From positions 26,574 to 90,573 of the IMG/VR virus record IMGVR_UViG_3300043409_002042: 64,000 bases of DNA. The stretch is one strand, 5' to 3'. The translations under genes were made by a program, and so were the position numbers. Source of the DNA: a virus. Below, one piece after another: positions 45,375-54,897 of the stretch (the first letter of the stretch is position 1; every line of letters starts with the position of its first letter). The notes beneath the pieces were generated by a model, which was not told where the DNA came from, made no database searches, and saw only the letters and a program-made list of their open reading frames with translations.

Positions 45375-45761
45375 ATGAAACTGATTCAAACCCCAATGCT
45401 GCACCCGCTCGTCAATGGCGTAGCATTTGGCGCGGATGGTGTATCCGAGGAAGTCAGCGCCGAGCAGGCGGAGGTTTTCTTGTCGGTCGGCGGCTACGAG
45501 TTGCTGGACGACGGGGCTGCTGAGGCCGAGAAGCGGGCCGCTGCAGCCGAGGCCGAGAGACTGGCTGCTGAGGCTGAGGCCGAGGTCGCACGGAAGGCTG
45601 CTGAGGCTGAGGAGGCCCGGGCTCAAGCCGAGGCTGAGGCCGCGCGCAAGGCTGCTGAGCAAAAAGCCCTTGATGCCGCTCCCAAAGCCGCCGCAAAGAC
45701 TCAGAAAGCCGCCGTTTCGGCCAAGCCCGCAGCGCCTGTTCCAGATGCTGCTGTTTTTTGA
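45375..45761 (+). CDS. hypothetical Ala/Glu-rich head protein
   Basis: SD AGGAG; AEAEA repeats. Confidence 0.7.
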   Translation: MKLIQTPMLHPLVNGVAFGADGVSEEVSAEQAEVFLSVGGYELLDDGAAEAEKRAAAAEAERLAAEAEAEVARKAAEAEEARAQAEAEAARKAAEQKALDAAPKAAAKTQKAAVSAKPAAPVPDAAVF

Positions 45762-45786
45762 TTGCGCTGCAGTCAATCGCTGAAAG

Positions 45787-45811
45787 AAGCCCGCAACTGC
45801 GGGCTTTTTTT
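45787..45811 (+). terminator. intrinsic terminator
   Basis: AAGCCCGCA-ac-TGCGGGCTT-TTTTT. Confidence 0.85.
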
Positions 45812-45813
45812 GT

Positions 45814-45829
45814 GTCGTGATGCCAGAAT
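45814..45829 (+). promoter_or_regulatory. late-promoter motif copy (GTCGTGA-TGC-CAGAAT), leadered with SD AAGGGG
   Basis: Matches the motif; immediately after a terminator. Confidence 0.72.
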
Positions 45830-45849
45830 TGTGGAAAAGGGGTATTGAT

Positions 45850-48153
45850 ATGCTTGGTGAAATTGTTCTGAAATTGCGAAACGCCGTGCAGTGGCTGGGC
45901 GTGGACTTGGGCCGCCAGGACGGCGGTGTGGCTCAGGCGGTGGTGCTGGTGGACCCCGCGACGGGGGAGGCTGTTGGGACGGGGGCTTCGCTGCCGGTTT
46001 CAAACGTCGGCGCATCCATCCGCGACGCCTCGGAAAAATACCCCGAGGCCTCGGTTTGGAATGAAGACGCTGCAGTGACTGCGCCAGGCGACATTGTGAC
46101 CCAGGCGGGCAACACCGCTGGCGCTGGGTGGATTGAGATCTCCAAATCCCCGTTTGATCAAGGCGGATCGACCATCATCGAGATGAAGCGGCGCTTCAAA
46201 ATCCCGGTGAGGGTTTCCCGTGGCCTTACGATGTCTGTGCGTGCCGCTGGCAATCACATCGCATCGACCGAAATTGTCAGCACAGACGATTGGCCGGGCG
46301 CTGTGCCGGTCCCAGATCCTGTGCCGGTGCCCATTTTGAACGCATCACAAACGGCGAGCGTAATCACGCTTAACTTTGGGGAAGCACCGCCCGTCCCCTT
46401 CCGGGCAGGCCAACGTGTCAACGTGTACGGGTTTGGTGTCGAGAACCGTTTCAACGTTTCGAGCGCCACGGTTGCATCGACCCCGCTCCCTACACAGATC
46501 ACGATTGTCGGCAACGGACAAAACATCACATCGACAACCATTGGCACCACGCTGGGCGGCGGTACTGCGTTTGTCGAGCGTGTGGACGTGCTGGGCGGTT
46601 CCCGCAATGGCGTGGTGGTCCTGCAAGAGAACGGCACACCCACCAACATTTCCGCATACACAAGGGGCGAGGGCAGTTTGGCCCGGCCGTCCGGTGTTTT
46701 GGCGGCCAGCCATGCCGTCACATCTGGCACCGATGTAGCCGTCCAGCTTGTGGCTACACCTGGTGCTCATTCGTTCACTTCGGCGGTGCGGACTCGAATT
46801 GATCTCAGCGCTGATGGTGTCACGGTGTCGGACCGCTCAACAAGCGGCGGAAACGGCGTGTACTCAGTGCGCTACCGTCATGACGAAGTGCTGCCCAACC
46901 CCGCCCGCGAATACAAGCTGCGCTACCGTTTGCACAGCTCCAAAGCGCCGTCGCGCCCATTGAAGAAAATCATCAGCGTGAGCAAGACGGGGAGTGCTGT
47001 GGCAACGTTTGTCACCGATGGGCCTCACGATCTTGTCACGGGTAACTGGCTTGGCCACTATGGGGTGTCCAATCAAACAAACTTTGCCGCCCAAACCACG
47101 GGCGTGCAGATCACGGTCACTGGGCCGAACACATTCACTGCAACAACTGGCGCAATCGCCACGGGAACTGCGTATGGTGGCTTTGTGTGGGTCTCAGAAG
47201 GTCAACAACCCTTGCCCGGCGCGGTCGCGCAGGCGGTGATCAGTGCTACCCGCGTCGGCAATGTGGTCACGCTCACGGGCTCTGCAAACTGGAGCGGCCC
47301 GCTGATCGGCGAGCTGGTGGAAGGATACGGCATCGCCAATGCTGTGGACGGCGCAAGCCTTGGGCTTAATGGCACTTATCGCGTCGAGAGCATCGCCACG
47401 AACTTACTCACGCTGTCTTTGGCTGGATCAAATACTGGCGGCCCTGATATTGCCCCGACTGCATGCGGTGGCGCCATCATTCGCCGCACCTCGATGCGCG
47501 TGCATTACACCAACATCGAGCCCTATGACCCGCTGTTGGTAGAAACTGTTCAAGCGGGCTTCGCTGAGCAGGGGTATGCCGATGGTGTGAGCATTGTGGG
47601 CACGCCCACGATGTCGATCAGCGGAAACCCAGTGCTTGGCACCGGCGCAAACACCATCGGAAACATCAATATCGTTAACCACACCGCTGCTGAGGATGCG
47701 GCGGCGGGGACTACTCCCGTGATCATCGGTGGACCTGTCAGGACGGCTACCGCGCCAACAAGCTTGGTGGCTGGAGATGCAGTACGCATGACGTTTTCAG
47801 CGGCCGGGCAGGCTGTGCAGATTCCTTATGGGGTTCCAGAGACGCATTTCCATTACACTGGGACCCTGACAACTGCATCATCAGTTGTGGCTCAGGCTGC
47901 TGCTGGCACTGGTTTGAAGCGCTACACGAGAAAGCTGACGTTCCAGGGGGAAAATGCCGTTGCAACACGAATGAACCTGCTTCGCGGGACCACAGTTATT
48001 TGCCCGGTCAACGTCCCGGCCAACATGGCCTTGCCGATGCAGTTGGATTTTGAGCCGCCGTTGGCAACGGCCGCAAACGAGGCATTGAACCTGCAATGCG
48101 CGACAAGTGGTGCAAGCATTCTTGTTACTATCAACGGATACACCGGAGCGTAA
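45850..48153 (+). CDS. Thr/Gly/Ala-rich beta-structured virion fibre or decoration protein
   Basis: 767 aa; ATFVTDGPHDLVTG-type beta modules; between head and neck genes. Confidence 0.6.
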   Translation: MLGEIVLKLRNAVQWLGVDLGRQDGGVAQAVVLVDPATGEAVGTGASLPVSNVGASIRDASEKYPEASVWNEDAAVTAPGDIVTQAGNTAGAGWIEISKSPFDQGGSTIIEMKRRFKIPVRVSRGLTMSVRAAGNHIASTEIVSTDDWPGAVPVPDPVPVPILNASQTASVITLNFGEAPPVPFRAGQRVNVYGFGVENRFNVSSATVASTPLPTQITIVGNGQNITSTTIGTTLGGGTAFVERVDVLGGSRNGVVVLQENGTPTNISAYTRGEGSLARPSGVLAASHAVTSGTDVAVQLVATPGAHSFTSAVRTRIDLSADGVTVSDRSTSGGNGVYSVRYRHDEVLPNPAREYKLRYRLHSSKAPSRPLKKIISVSKTGSAVATFVTDGPHDLVTGNWLGHYGVSNQTNFAAQTTGVQITVTGPNTFTATTGAIATGTAYGGFVWVSEGQQPLPGAVAQAVISATRVGNVVTLTGSANWSGPLIGELVEGYGIANAVDGASLGLNGTYRVESIATNLLTLSLAGSNTGGPDIAPTACGGAIIRRTSMRVHYTNIEPYDPLLVETVQAGFAEQGYADGVSIVGTPTMSISGNPVLGTGANTIGNINIVNHTAAEDAAAGTTPVIIGGPVRTATAPTSLVAGDAVRMTFSAAGQAVQIPYGVPETHFHYTGTLTTASSVVAQAAAGTGLKRYTRKLTFQGENAVATRMNLLRGTTVICPVNVPANMALPMQLDFEPPLATAANEALNLQCATSGASILVTINGYTGA

Positions 48154-48156
48154 ATC

Positions 48157-48441
48157 ATGGCATTGAATGTTGAAATCACAGATTTTTATCCCGTCATTCA
48201 AAAATTTGAGCCGATAAGGACGCTGGTCGACCCCGTCGATGGGGAGTCCGAGCCAGCGTATATTGAAGAAACGCCGCCTCCAGTGCACCTTGGATGGTCG
48301 GTTAGCGTCAGCATCGGCGGAAGTTGGGGCGGAACAACAAGCAGCTTTTTCTTTGAGCTTCCTGCGGACGCCCAGAAGGATGACCTTAAAAATGCAGTCC
48401 TGAAGAAGTACGCCGAAGCCAATCAAATTGAGCCAGCATGA
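48157..48441 (+). CDS. hypothetical protein (possible fibre chaperone)
   Basis: 94-aa ORF directly after the fibre gene. Confidence 0.55.
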   Translation: MALNVEITDFYPVIQKFEPIRTLVDPVDGESEPAYIEETPPPVHLGWSVSVSIGGSWGGTTSSFFFELPADAQKDDLKNAVLKKYAEANQIEPA

Positions 48442-48578
48442 AACGCTGGCTTCTGCTCGCCGCGCTGTTTGCCACCATCACCGCAGTCGTCGGTTTTGGT
48501 GGCCCCGTCGCAGCGGATTGGCTGATGTCGCAGTACCCGCCTCAAATGCTTGAGTTTTCCACTGGTGAGCACAAATAG
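48438..48578 (+). CDS. small membrane/signal peptide protein (46 aa, below the ORF-track cut-off)
   Basis: ATGA overlap; MKRWLLLAALFATITAVVGFGG... Confidence 0.45.
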   Translation: MKRWLLLAALFATITAVVGFGGPVAADWLMSQYPPQMLEFSTGEHK

Positions 48579-48591
48579 TGCTGTCTGAAAA

Positions 48592-49680
48592 ATGATCGCC
48601 ATCACCTCTGACACAATTGAGCAGCGCGCGGGATCGCGCCTCAAATACAGCCTGGATTGGTCGGCGCTGGCCGGTGGCGCGGCGCTGGCCGCTGCTGTGT
48701 GGTCGGTTCCTGTGGGTAGCCCCGTGACAGTGACCGCCGACCCGGTTGCTGGCACGTCTTCCACGGCCTGGGTTGTGGTTCCAGCGGGTACGCCATCTGG
48801 CTGGCACGAAATCACGGCCACGGCCGCGGCCGCCGACGGCAGTGAAGACACCCGTGTGATCGCTTTGCAGGTGCAGGCGGTTTCCGGCACCGGAAGTGCG
48901 CTGTTCCCCAGCAAGGCTGCTGCGATTGCCACCCTGCGCCGCGACCGCCTGATGATGCTCGCCGCTGGCGTGCTGTCGGAGGCCGCTCAGCTGAGCGACG
49001 ACTACCTGTGGGAGAAGCTTCTGGCCGCCGAGAGCGCAATCGCTGGGCAACTCAGCGTGCGGCTGCAGCCGACGCACTTCTTCCCGCGCAATCCGACGGA
49101 TGCCCAGATCGCGGCGCTTCCGGCGGGCATGCCGTGGGATGTTGACCCCGGCTACGATTACGACCCGTCGAACTACCATGGCGACCGCTGGGGCTACACG
49201 GTTCTGCGCTGGACGCACGTCAATGAGGTGCACGATTTGAAGCTGGTTTACCCCAGCCCGTCGCACACCGTGCTGGAGGTGCCAGCATCCTGGATTCGCG
49301 TCGACAAGCGGCCTGGGCACTTGCAGCTGGTGCCCACATCCAGCCCGTTCCTGTCGCCGATCGGCGGCCTGGTCATGGCTTCTATGGCTGGTGGCCGCAT
49401 GCTGCCGTTCTCCATTGAGGTCGAATACACGGCCGGCCTGAAAGATGCGGCAAAGACCTACCCTGAGCTTGTCAGTGCGGTCAAAATGAAGGCCGTCGCT
49501 GGCATCATTGACGACGCCATGCTGCCGCAGTCTGGCTCAATCTCTGCCGACGGCTTGAGCCAGTCGAGCAGCGTGGACACCAGCAAATACCACGACACCG
49601 TTGATGGCATCATCAACGGCACCGGGTCCAACGGTGGCCTCATGGTCAAGCTGCACGGCGTGCGCCTGATGGTGTGCTGA
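48592..49680 (+). CDS. head-tail adaptor (neck) protein with N-terminal Ig-like domain
   Basis: Position; EVEYTAGL, SISADGLSQS C-terminal motif. Confidence 0.7.
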   Translation: MIAITSDTIEQRAGSRLKYSLDWSALAGGAALAAAVWSVPVGSPVTVTADPVAGTSSTAWVVVPAGTPSGWHEITATAAAADGSEDTRVIALQVQAVSGTGSALFPSKAAAIATLRRDRLMMLAAGVLSEAAQLSDDYLWEKLLAAESAIAGQLSVRLQPTHFFPRNPTDAQIAALPAGMPWDVDPGYDYDPSNYHGDRWGYTVLRWTHVNEVHDLKLVYPSPSHTVLEVPASWIRVDKRPGHLQLVPTSSPFLSPIGGLVMASMAGGRMLPFSIEVEYTAGLKDAAKTYPELVSAVKMKAVAGIIDDAMLPQSGSISADGLSQSSSVDTSKYHDTVDGIINGTGSNGGLMVKLHGVRLMVC

Positions 49681-49681
49681 C

Positions 49682-50329
49682 ATGCGGCTGAACCCCAAGG
49701 CATTCGACAACTTCCTGGCTGGAAACATCGGCCAGGAGTTGCTCTGGCGTCGCCGCTGGAGCTGCGCGTGCGTGAACCCGTCCTCTGGTGCGCCTGACCC
49801 CAAGCACCAGCTGTGCGGCGGCAAGGGGCACATTTGGGATGCGCCCGTGAGCACCCGCGCTGGCGTGGTGCACCAGGAGGCCGATGCCGAGTTGCAGGCG
49901 GCCGGGCTGTGGGAGTCTGGTGACATGGTGCTGAGTCTTCCCGCTGCGTCGGGGTCCATGTACGACAACTGCAGCCGGTTTGACCGAGTGACGCTACTCA
50001 ACAGCGACGACGTTTTCAGCCAGCCGCTGACCCGAGGCGCTCCGTCCGAGCGGCTGATTTTTGCCGTGCACAGCGTCGAGCGCTGTTTCTGGCTGCACCC
50101 GACCACGCGTCAGATTGTGGAGGGCGGATTGCCGGATGTGAGTGCAAACGGGGGGCTTTCGTGGCCCAATGGCGGCGAGCCACCGGCTGGCACTACGTAC
50201 TCGCTGACGGGGAAGAAGTACGGGGAGTACTTCGTTTTCCAATCTTGGCCCAGTGATCGCGGCGAGCATTTTGGGCGTCGGCTGCCCAAGAAGGTGCAGC
50301 TGCGCAGGTTCGATTTGCTGAACCGCTGA
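49682..50329 (+). CDS. neck/head-closure protein
   Basis: CAC...CGGKG motif, FDRVTL; position. Confidence 0.65.
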   Translation: MRLNPKAFDNFLAGNIGQELLWRRRWSCACVNPSSGAPDPKHQLCGGKGHIWDAPVSTRAGVVHQEADAELQAAGLWESGDMVLSLPAASGSMYDNCSRFDRVTLLNSDDVFSQPLTRGAPSERLIFAVHSVERCFWLHPTTRQIVEGGLPDVSANGGLSWPNGGEPPAGTTYSLTGKKYGEYFVFQSWPSDRGEHFGRRLPKKVQLRRFDLLNR

Positions 50330-51190
50330 TCACCCGCCCATGGTGCGTTTGACGGCTTCTTGCAGGGCTGCTGCTGCCTTTGGTGCGATTTCCTCGGCGG
50401 TTTTCTTGGCGAGGTAAAGGCCGGGCTTGGCGGGCACGACCCAGCCGGTGCTGCCCTCCATCATGATCCTGAACGTGATGTAGCCAGCCGACTTGCCGCC
50501 AGCGCCCTCCATTTTCACCATGCCAGCGTACCGCTTGACCGTGGCCTGGTCGAAGCCCGCGCTCTTGAGCGCCCCGGCTGTGATCCGTCCGCCCCAGGCG
50601 TACTTGTTGGCCGTCACTGTGGCCGCTTGGCGCGTCTTCGGGTTGCTCAGGAACGGTGACTGCTTGGCTGCTGGCTGCATGCCCGTCTTGGGGCTGAGCA
50701 TCGTCACCTCTCCGCTGGGCCGCTGGCCCTGCCCGACAATCCGCGACGTCTCCATGTCCTTGGCCATGTCATAGATGCCCGCCGGCATGGCTGTAGCGTG
50801 CGCTGTCTGGCCTGGTGTGTTGTGGCGCATGGGGATGACCAAGAAGCGCTTGCCGCCCGTGGTGCGTCTGACCTTGGGGCTGGTCAGGAGCATCTTTTTC
50901 AGGTCCTTCGGCGGTCGCCCGTTTTCGATTTCCTGGGCGTATTTGTAGTCTGTTTCCACCACCGCTGCGAAGTCGCCGGTCATTTCCCAGCGGATGCTGG
51001 CTTCGTAGGCGTCCTTCTCGCCGCTCCATACGCCGGGCGCCTTGAGGACATTCTCTTTCCACTTGTTGGCGGTGGCTGAGGCAATGGCGCGCACGGCTTG
51101 ACTCACCAGTGGCATCAGCTGCGCGTTGATGCCAGCGCTGAGTTCCATCTGGGCCGCAACGGGTAGGCTGATCGTGTACTTGATGGTCAT
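50330..51190 (-). CDS. virion morphogenesis/neck protein (inverted)
   Basis: YAQEIENG..DLKKML..FLVIPMRH..YITFRIM..GWVVPA. Confidence 0.65.
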   Translation of the reverse strand: MTIKYTISLPVAAQMELSAGINAQLMPLVSQAVRAIASATANKWKENVLKAPGVWSGEKDAYEASIRWEMTGDFAAVVETDYKYAQEIENGRPPKDLKKMLLTSPKVRRTTGGKRFLVIPMRHNTPGQTAHATAMPAGIYDMAKDMETSRIVGQGQRPSGEVTMLSPKTGMQPAAKQSPFLSNPKTRQAATVTANKYAWGGRITAGALKSAGFDQATVKRYAGMVKMEGAGGKSAGYITFRIMMEGSTGWVVPAKPGLYLAKKTAEEIAPKAAAALQEAVKRTMGG

Positions 51191-51196
51191 GGTCGA

Positions 51197-51212
51197 ATTG
51201 TGCCGTCACGGG
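51197..51212 (-). promoter_or_regulatory. late-promoter motif variant (CCCGTGA-CGG-CACAAT), 6 nt before ATG 51190
   Basis: Same spacing as the other copies, on the minus strand. Confidence 0.65.
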
Positions 51213-51214
51213 TG

Positions 51215-51230
51215 GTCGTGATGCAAGAAT
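51215..51230 (+). promoter_or_regulatory. late-promoter motif copy (GTCGTGA-TGC-AAGAAT), 6 nt before ATG 51237
   Basis: Matches the motif. Confidence 0.75.
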
Positions 51231-51236
51231 CGGCGC

Positions 51237-52076
51237 ATGATTTCGATGGTTCAGCCCATTTATACCGGTAACGCGCTGCGGGTCTTCGTTGAACCGCCTG
51301 CTGACGCCACCCTGTGGCGAGTCTACAGGAAGGGCAGCAACACGTTCACCGGAATGGATGACCCCGGCGCGGTTCTGGTGCGCGAAGGCGACGATCGCGT
51401 GTTTGTGGATGACCAGTTCCTGCAGAACGAGGTAATGGCTTTTTACAAGCCCTGGTACTCGGCGGACGGCGGCCTGACTTGGACGCCTGGCAACACGAAC
51501 AGCGGCACGCCGCGCGCAACTTATGCCGACTACAGCACCGATGTGCTGGGCGTGGTGCGCGACCGCTTGGAGGTTGGCCTCAAGGTTGAATGCGAGCGCG
51601 CAAACTTTGCCACCGACCTGGGGTACATCCAGGTTTACACGGCACCACCATCGCTCGAGCGCGACCTGCGCATGCCGCTGGTCACTGTGCACATGGAGTC
51701 AGAAGACCCCGAAGACCGCGCCATCGGCGAGAACATCACCGGCGACGAGTTCGACATGGTCGGCGTGGGTTGGCAGCACAGCGAGGGCTGGTGGGCGCGC
51801 GTGAACCTGACGGTGATCGGCTGGAGCCTCAACAGCGACGAGCGGATTGAGCTTCGCAAGGCCATCAAGCGCCTGATCGTTGCGAATTTGCAGGTTTTTT
51901 CTGAGCGCGGGATTGAGCAGGTTTCGGTCAGTCAGCAGGACGTGGATGCTGTGAACGGTGAGTATCCGGCACAGATTTACCAGTGCATGACCACGTTTAG
52001 CTGTCTGGCGCCGGTGCTGGTTGCTGGGGTTCTTGACGGCCCAATTATCAAGGATGCCTACGCTGTAGGCGTTTAA
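51237..52076 (+). CDS. tail completion/terminator-like protein
   Basis: Position before the sheath; 279 aa. Confidence 0.55.
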   Translation: MISMVQPIYTGNALRVFVEPPADATLWRVYRKGSNTFTGMDDPGAVLVREGDDRVFVDDQFLQNEVMAFYKPWYSADGGLTWTPGNTNSGTPRATYADYSTDVLGVVRDRLEVGLKVECERANFATDLGYIQVYTAPPSLERDLRMPLVTVHMESEDPEDRAIGENITGDEFDMVGVGWQHSEGWWARVNLTVIGWSLNSDERIELRKAIKRLIVANLQVFSERGIEQVSVSQQDVDAVNGEYPAQIYQCMTTFSCLAPVLVAGVLDGPIIKDAYAVGV

Positions 52077-52092
52077 TTTTTAGGAGAGCTAC

Positions 52093-52332
52093 ATGGCAAA
52101 AAACGAAGCCGCTTCGGCGGCGCCCAAGGAATCTGATTTGCAGCCCGTGGCCGCGCAGGTGACAGAGGCACCTTTGACGCTGCGTGAGTTTTGTATGCGC
52201 GTCTCGGAAACCGTGAAAAGCCCCGAGCTGATCGCCGCCTTCCATCATGTCGAGCAAGCGTCCGGCGTTGGGTCGGATAGCCTGGCTGCGTACCAGCAGC
52301 GCTTCGACGCATTCCGCAACCAACCCGTTTAA
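52093..52332 (+). CDS. hypothetical protein
   Basis: SD AGGAG; 79 aa. Confidence 0.65.
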   Translation: MAKNEAASAAPKESDLQPVAAQVTEAPLTLREFCMRVSETVKSPELIAAFHHVEQASGVGSDSLAAYQQRFDAFRNQPV

Positions 52333-52344
52333 GCGAGGTTTTTT

Positions 52345-54057
52345 ATGCCTGTATTTTTTGCCGGTCGGCTGATCACCACGCCCACCACTGCATCCGTCGT
52401 CAATGACGACGCGATGAGAAATCAGAACCTTTCGGTGGGCAACACCCTTGCGCTGCTTGGTACGTCTGCCGGTGGCAAGCCCAAGACTGCGCTGCGCTTC
52501 GGCGGCCCGTCCGAGGCTCAGGCCGAGCTTGTGTCTGGAGAGTTGCTGGATGCGGTTCTTCGTGCCTTCGACCCGTCCTCTGAGGTGGGCGGGCCCACAA
52601 CCGTTGTCGCCCTGCGCGTGAACCCGGCCACTCAGTCGACTCTGAGTTTGCTCAACGCATCGGCGGCCGCCGTGGTGAACCTGACCTCTGTCGGGTATGG
52701 CCTGCGCGAGAACCAGATCAAGGTCAAAGTCGAGGCTGGCACCACCGTTGGCCAGCGCATCACTGTGCAGCGCGGCGCCGCGGGCTATGTGGGTGACAAC
52801 ATCGCGCGTAACCTGTTCAGCATCGTTTATGGCGGCGCCCAGGCAACGGCCACAGTGACCACCACGGGCACCACACTGACGCTGTTTGCGCCTGCCGGAA
52901 CATCGGTGGCGGTGATTGACTTGGCCTCTTACCCGACCGTGCAGGAGCTGGTCGACCGAATCAGTTCTGTTGCTGGCTTCACCGCTGCCGTCCTGGATGG
53001 CAACAGCACCAAGCCAACATTGAACGCGCTGGACTACGTCACCGCGCAATCGGTGAAGACGATTTCCAACATCACGGCGAACCTGCAGGCCGTGGTCGAC
53101 TGGTTCAATTCTGGCGCTCAGCCACTGGTGACTGCCACCCGTGTCGCGGCCGTTGGTACTGTCCCGGCATCTTTGGCCTTCACCTACTTGGCTGGCGCAA
53201 CCGAGGGGAGCGCAACAAACCAGGATTGGACGGACGCATTCACCGAGCTCCAAAAGGTGGATGTGCAATGGCTCACGCCCGTCACGGCATCTGCGGCCAT
53301 CCACGCCATGGCAGACGCCCACTGCGTCTACATGAGCACAATTGGACGCAAAGAGCGCCGCGCAATCTGCGGCATGGCGATCGGCACCACCGACGCCCAG
53401 GCCATCGCCGCGGCAAAGCTGATCAACAGCGACCGCACGTCGCTGGTGCACATCGGGCACTACGATTACGACGCCTCTGGCGCGCTGGTGCTGTACGCGC
53501 CCTACCAGTCTGCGGCTCGCATCGCGGGTGGGTTCTCGGGCGTGAACCCTGGCACGGCTCTGACCAACAAAAACTTCAAGTGTCGCGGCCTTGAGCGCGA
53601 GTTGCGCAACCCAACCGACACCGACCCGCTGATTCTGGGCGGCGTGCTCTGCCTGGAGAACACCGAGCAGGGCTACAAGGTGGTGAAGTCAATCAGCACA
53701 TGGCTGGTGAACACCAACTACAACCGCGTCGAGCAGTCGTGCGGCTGGGCGCTGGATTTCACGGCCCGCAACATCCGCCAGGCTCTGGGCGTGCTTCGCG
53801 GCCAGAAGGGCAACCCACTGGTGCTGAGCCGTGCCGTGTCGATCGCTGACTCGACTTTGCGCGAGCTGGCCCGTGCCGAGCCGCAGGGCCCTGGTGTGCT
53901 GGCCGGTGACGCAGAGAACCCCGCCTATCGCAACATCAAGGCATCGCTTGAGGGCGACGTCCTGCGCGTCGAGTTTGAGTGCTCGCCCGTGATCCCCGTC
54001 AACTACGTGCTGGCCACGATCTACGCCGTGCCCTTCAGCGGCACCGCCACCGCTTAA
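52345..54057 (+). CDS. tail sheath protein
   Basis: 570 aa; YLAGATEG, LTNK, VVKSISTW, PVIPVNYV C-terminus. Confidence 0.9.
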   Translation: MPVFFAGRLITTPTTASVVNDDAMRNQNLSVGNTLALLGTSAGGKPKTALRFGGPSEAQAELVSGELLDAVLRAFDPSSEVGGPTTVVALRVNPATQSTLSLLNASAAAVVNLTSVGYGLRENQIKVKVEAGTTVGQRITVQRGAAGYVGDNIARNLFSIVYGGAQATATVTTTGTTLTLFAPAGTSVAVIDLASYPTVQELVDRISSVAGFTAAVLDGNSTKPTLNALDYVTAQSVKTISNITANLQAVVDWFNSGAQPLVTATRVAAVGTVPASLAFTYLAGATEGSATNQDWTDAFTELQKVDVQWLTPVTASAAIHAMADAHCVYMSTIGRKERRAICGMAIGTTDAQAIAAAKLINSDRTSLVHIGHYDYDASGALVLYAPYQSAARIAGGFSGVNPGTALTNKNFKCRGLERELRNPTDTDPLILGGVLCLENTEQGYKVVKSISTWLVNTNYNRVEQSCGWALDFTARNIRQALGVLRGQKGNPLVLSRAVSIADSTLRELARAEPQGPGVLAGDAENPAYRNIKASLEGDVLRVEFECSPVIPVNYVLATIYAVPFSGTATA

Positions 54058-54070
54058 GGAGTGAACGAAC

Positions 54071-54493
54071 ATGAAGCAAAACCTCAAAGTCCGCAGTGGC
54101 AACAAGATCGTTGTTGTTTTGGACGGAAAGCAGATCGGCATGGTGCGCTCCGTGCGCGCCAGTGACGATTTCAGCCCCGAGCCCGCGTCGGGCATCGGCG
54201 ATATCCATGTGCAGGAGTACGTGCCCACCATGGCCCGCCACACGCTGAGCATCAGCAGCATGGTGCTCATCAAGGGCAACATGCTGGCCGCTGGCATTGT
54301 GCCCGAGAACGGCGACGCTGCTTTGCAGGGCCTGGTGTTCGACTTGGAGCAGTACGACAAGGACAGCGGCGTGTTGATCCGCAAGTACACCGGTGTGAGC
54401 TATGCCAGTGGTGACATTGACATCAGCGCCCACCAGATCGTGGTCCAGTCTGGCCAGTTCAACGCATTGGACGTGACCGGTACGTTGGCCTGA
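54071..54493 (+). CDS. tail tube protein
   Basis: 140 aa after the sheath; GIGDIHVQEYVP. Confidence 0.85.
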   Translation: MKQNLKVRSGNKIVVVLDGKQIGMVRSVRASDDFSPEPASGIGDIHVQEYVPTMARHTLSISSMVLIKGNMLAAGIVPENGDAALQGLVFDLEQYDKDSGVLIRKYTGVSYASGDIDISAHQIVVQSGQFNALDVTGTLA

Positions 54494-54515
54494 GTGGGTG
54501 AGCGTTAGAATGCGA

Positions 54516-54549
54516 GGGCCGTCTTCCCGTTCGGGTGGCGGCCTTTTTT
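54516..54549 (+). terminator. intrinsic terminator
   Basis: GGCCGTC...GGCGGCC-TTTTTT. Confidence 0.75.
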
Positions 54550-54564
54550 GATTGAGGAGTTTTT

Positions 54565-54897
54565 ATGCCCAGGATGCCTGCAGAAACTGATTTTGTCGTC
54601 CAGGTCGATGGCGTCGGCCAGTTCACGTTTGCCCGTCGCAAGATGATGGACGAGGTCGCGATCCAGGTTCAGTACGCAAAGATCATCGACGGCGCACCGG
54701 CCACTGAATGGCTGCAGGCTGTGGCCGGCTGGATTTCCACGCTGCGCGTGCTGACCGTGCGGGCCCCGGAGGGCTGGGATCTGGACGAGCTTGATCCGCT
54801 TGAGGATGACACCTACGCCAAGCTGGCAAACGTGCACGAGGAGCTCCGCCAAGCGGAGCGCTCCTTTCGACGCAAACCGGGAACGGCTGGCGCGTGA
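54565..54897 (+). CDS. tail assembly chaperone (G-like)
   Basis: Between tube and tape measure; SD GAGGAG. Confidence 0.8.
   Translation: MPRMPAETDFVVQVDGVGQFTFARRKMMDEVAIQVQYAKIIDGAPATEWLQAVAGWISTLRVLTVRAPEGWDLDELDPLEDDTYAKLANVHEELRQAERSFRRKPGTAGA

Noticed and set aside
45520-45660. GCTGAGGC tandem-like repeats
   Set aside because: Explained by the Ala/Glu-rich helical protein sequence
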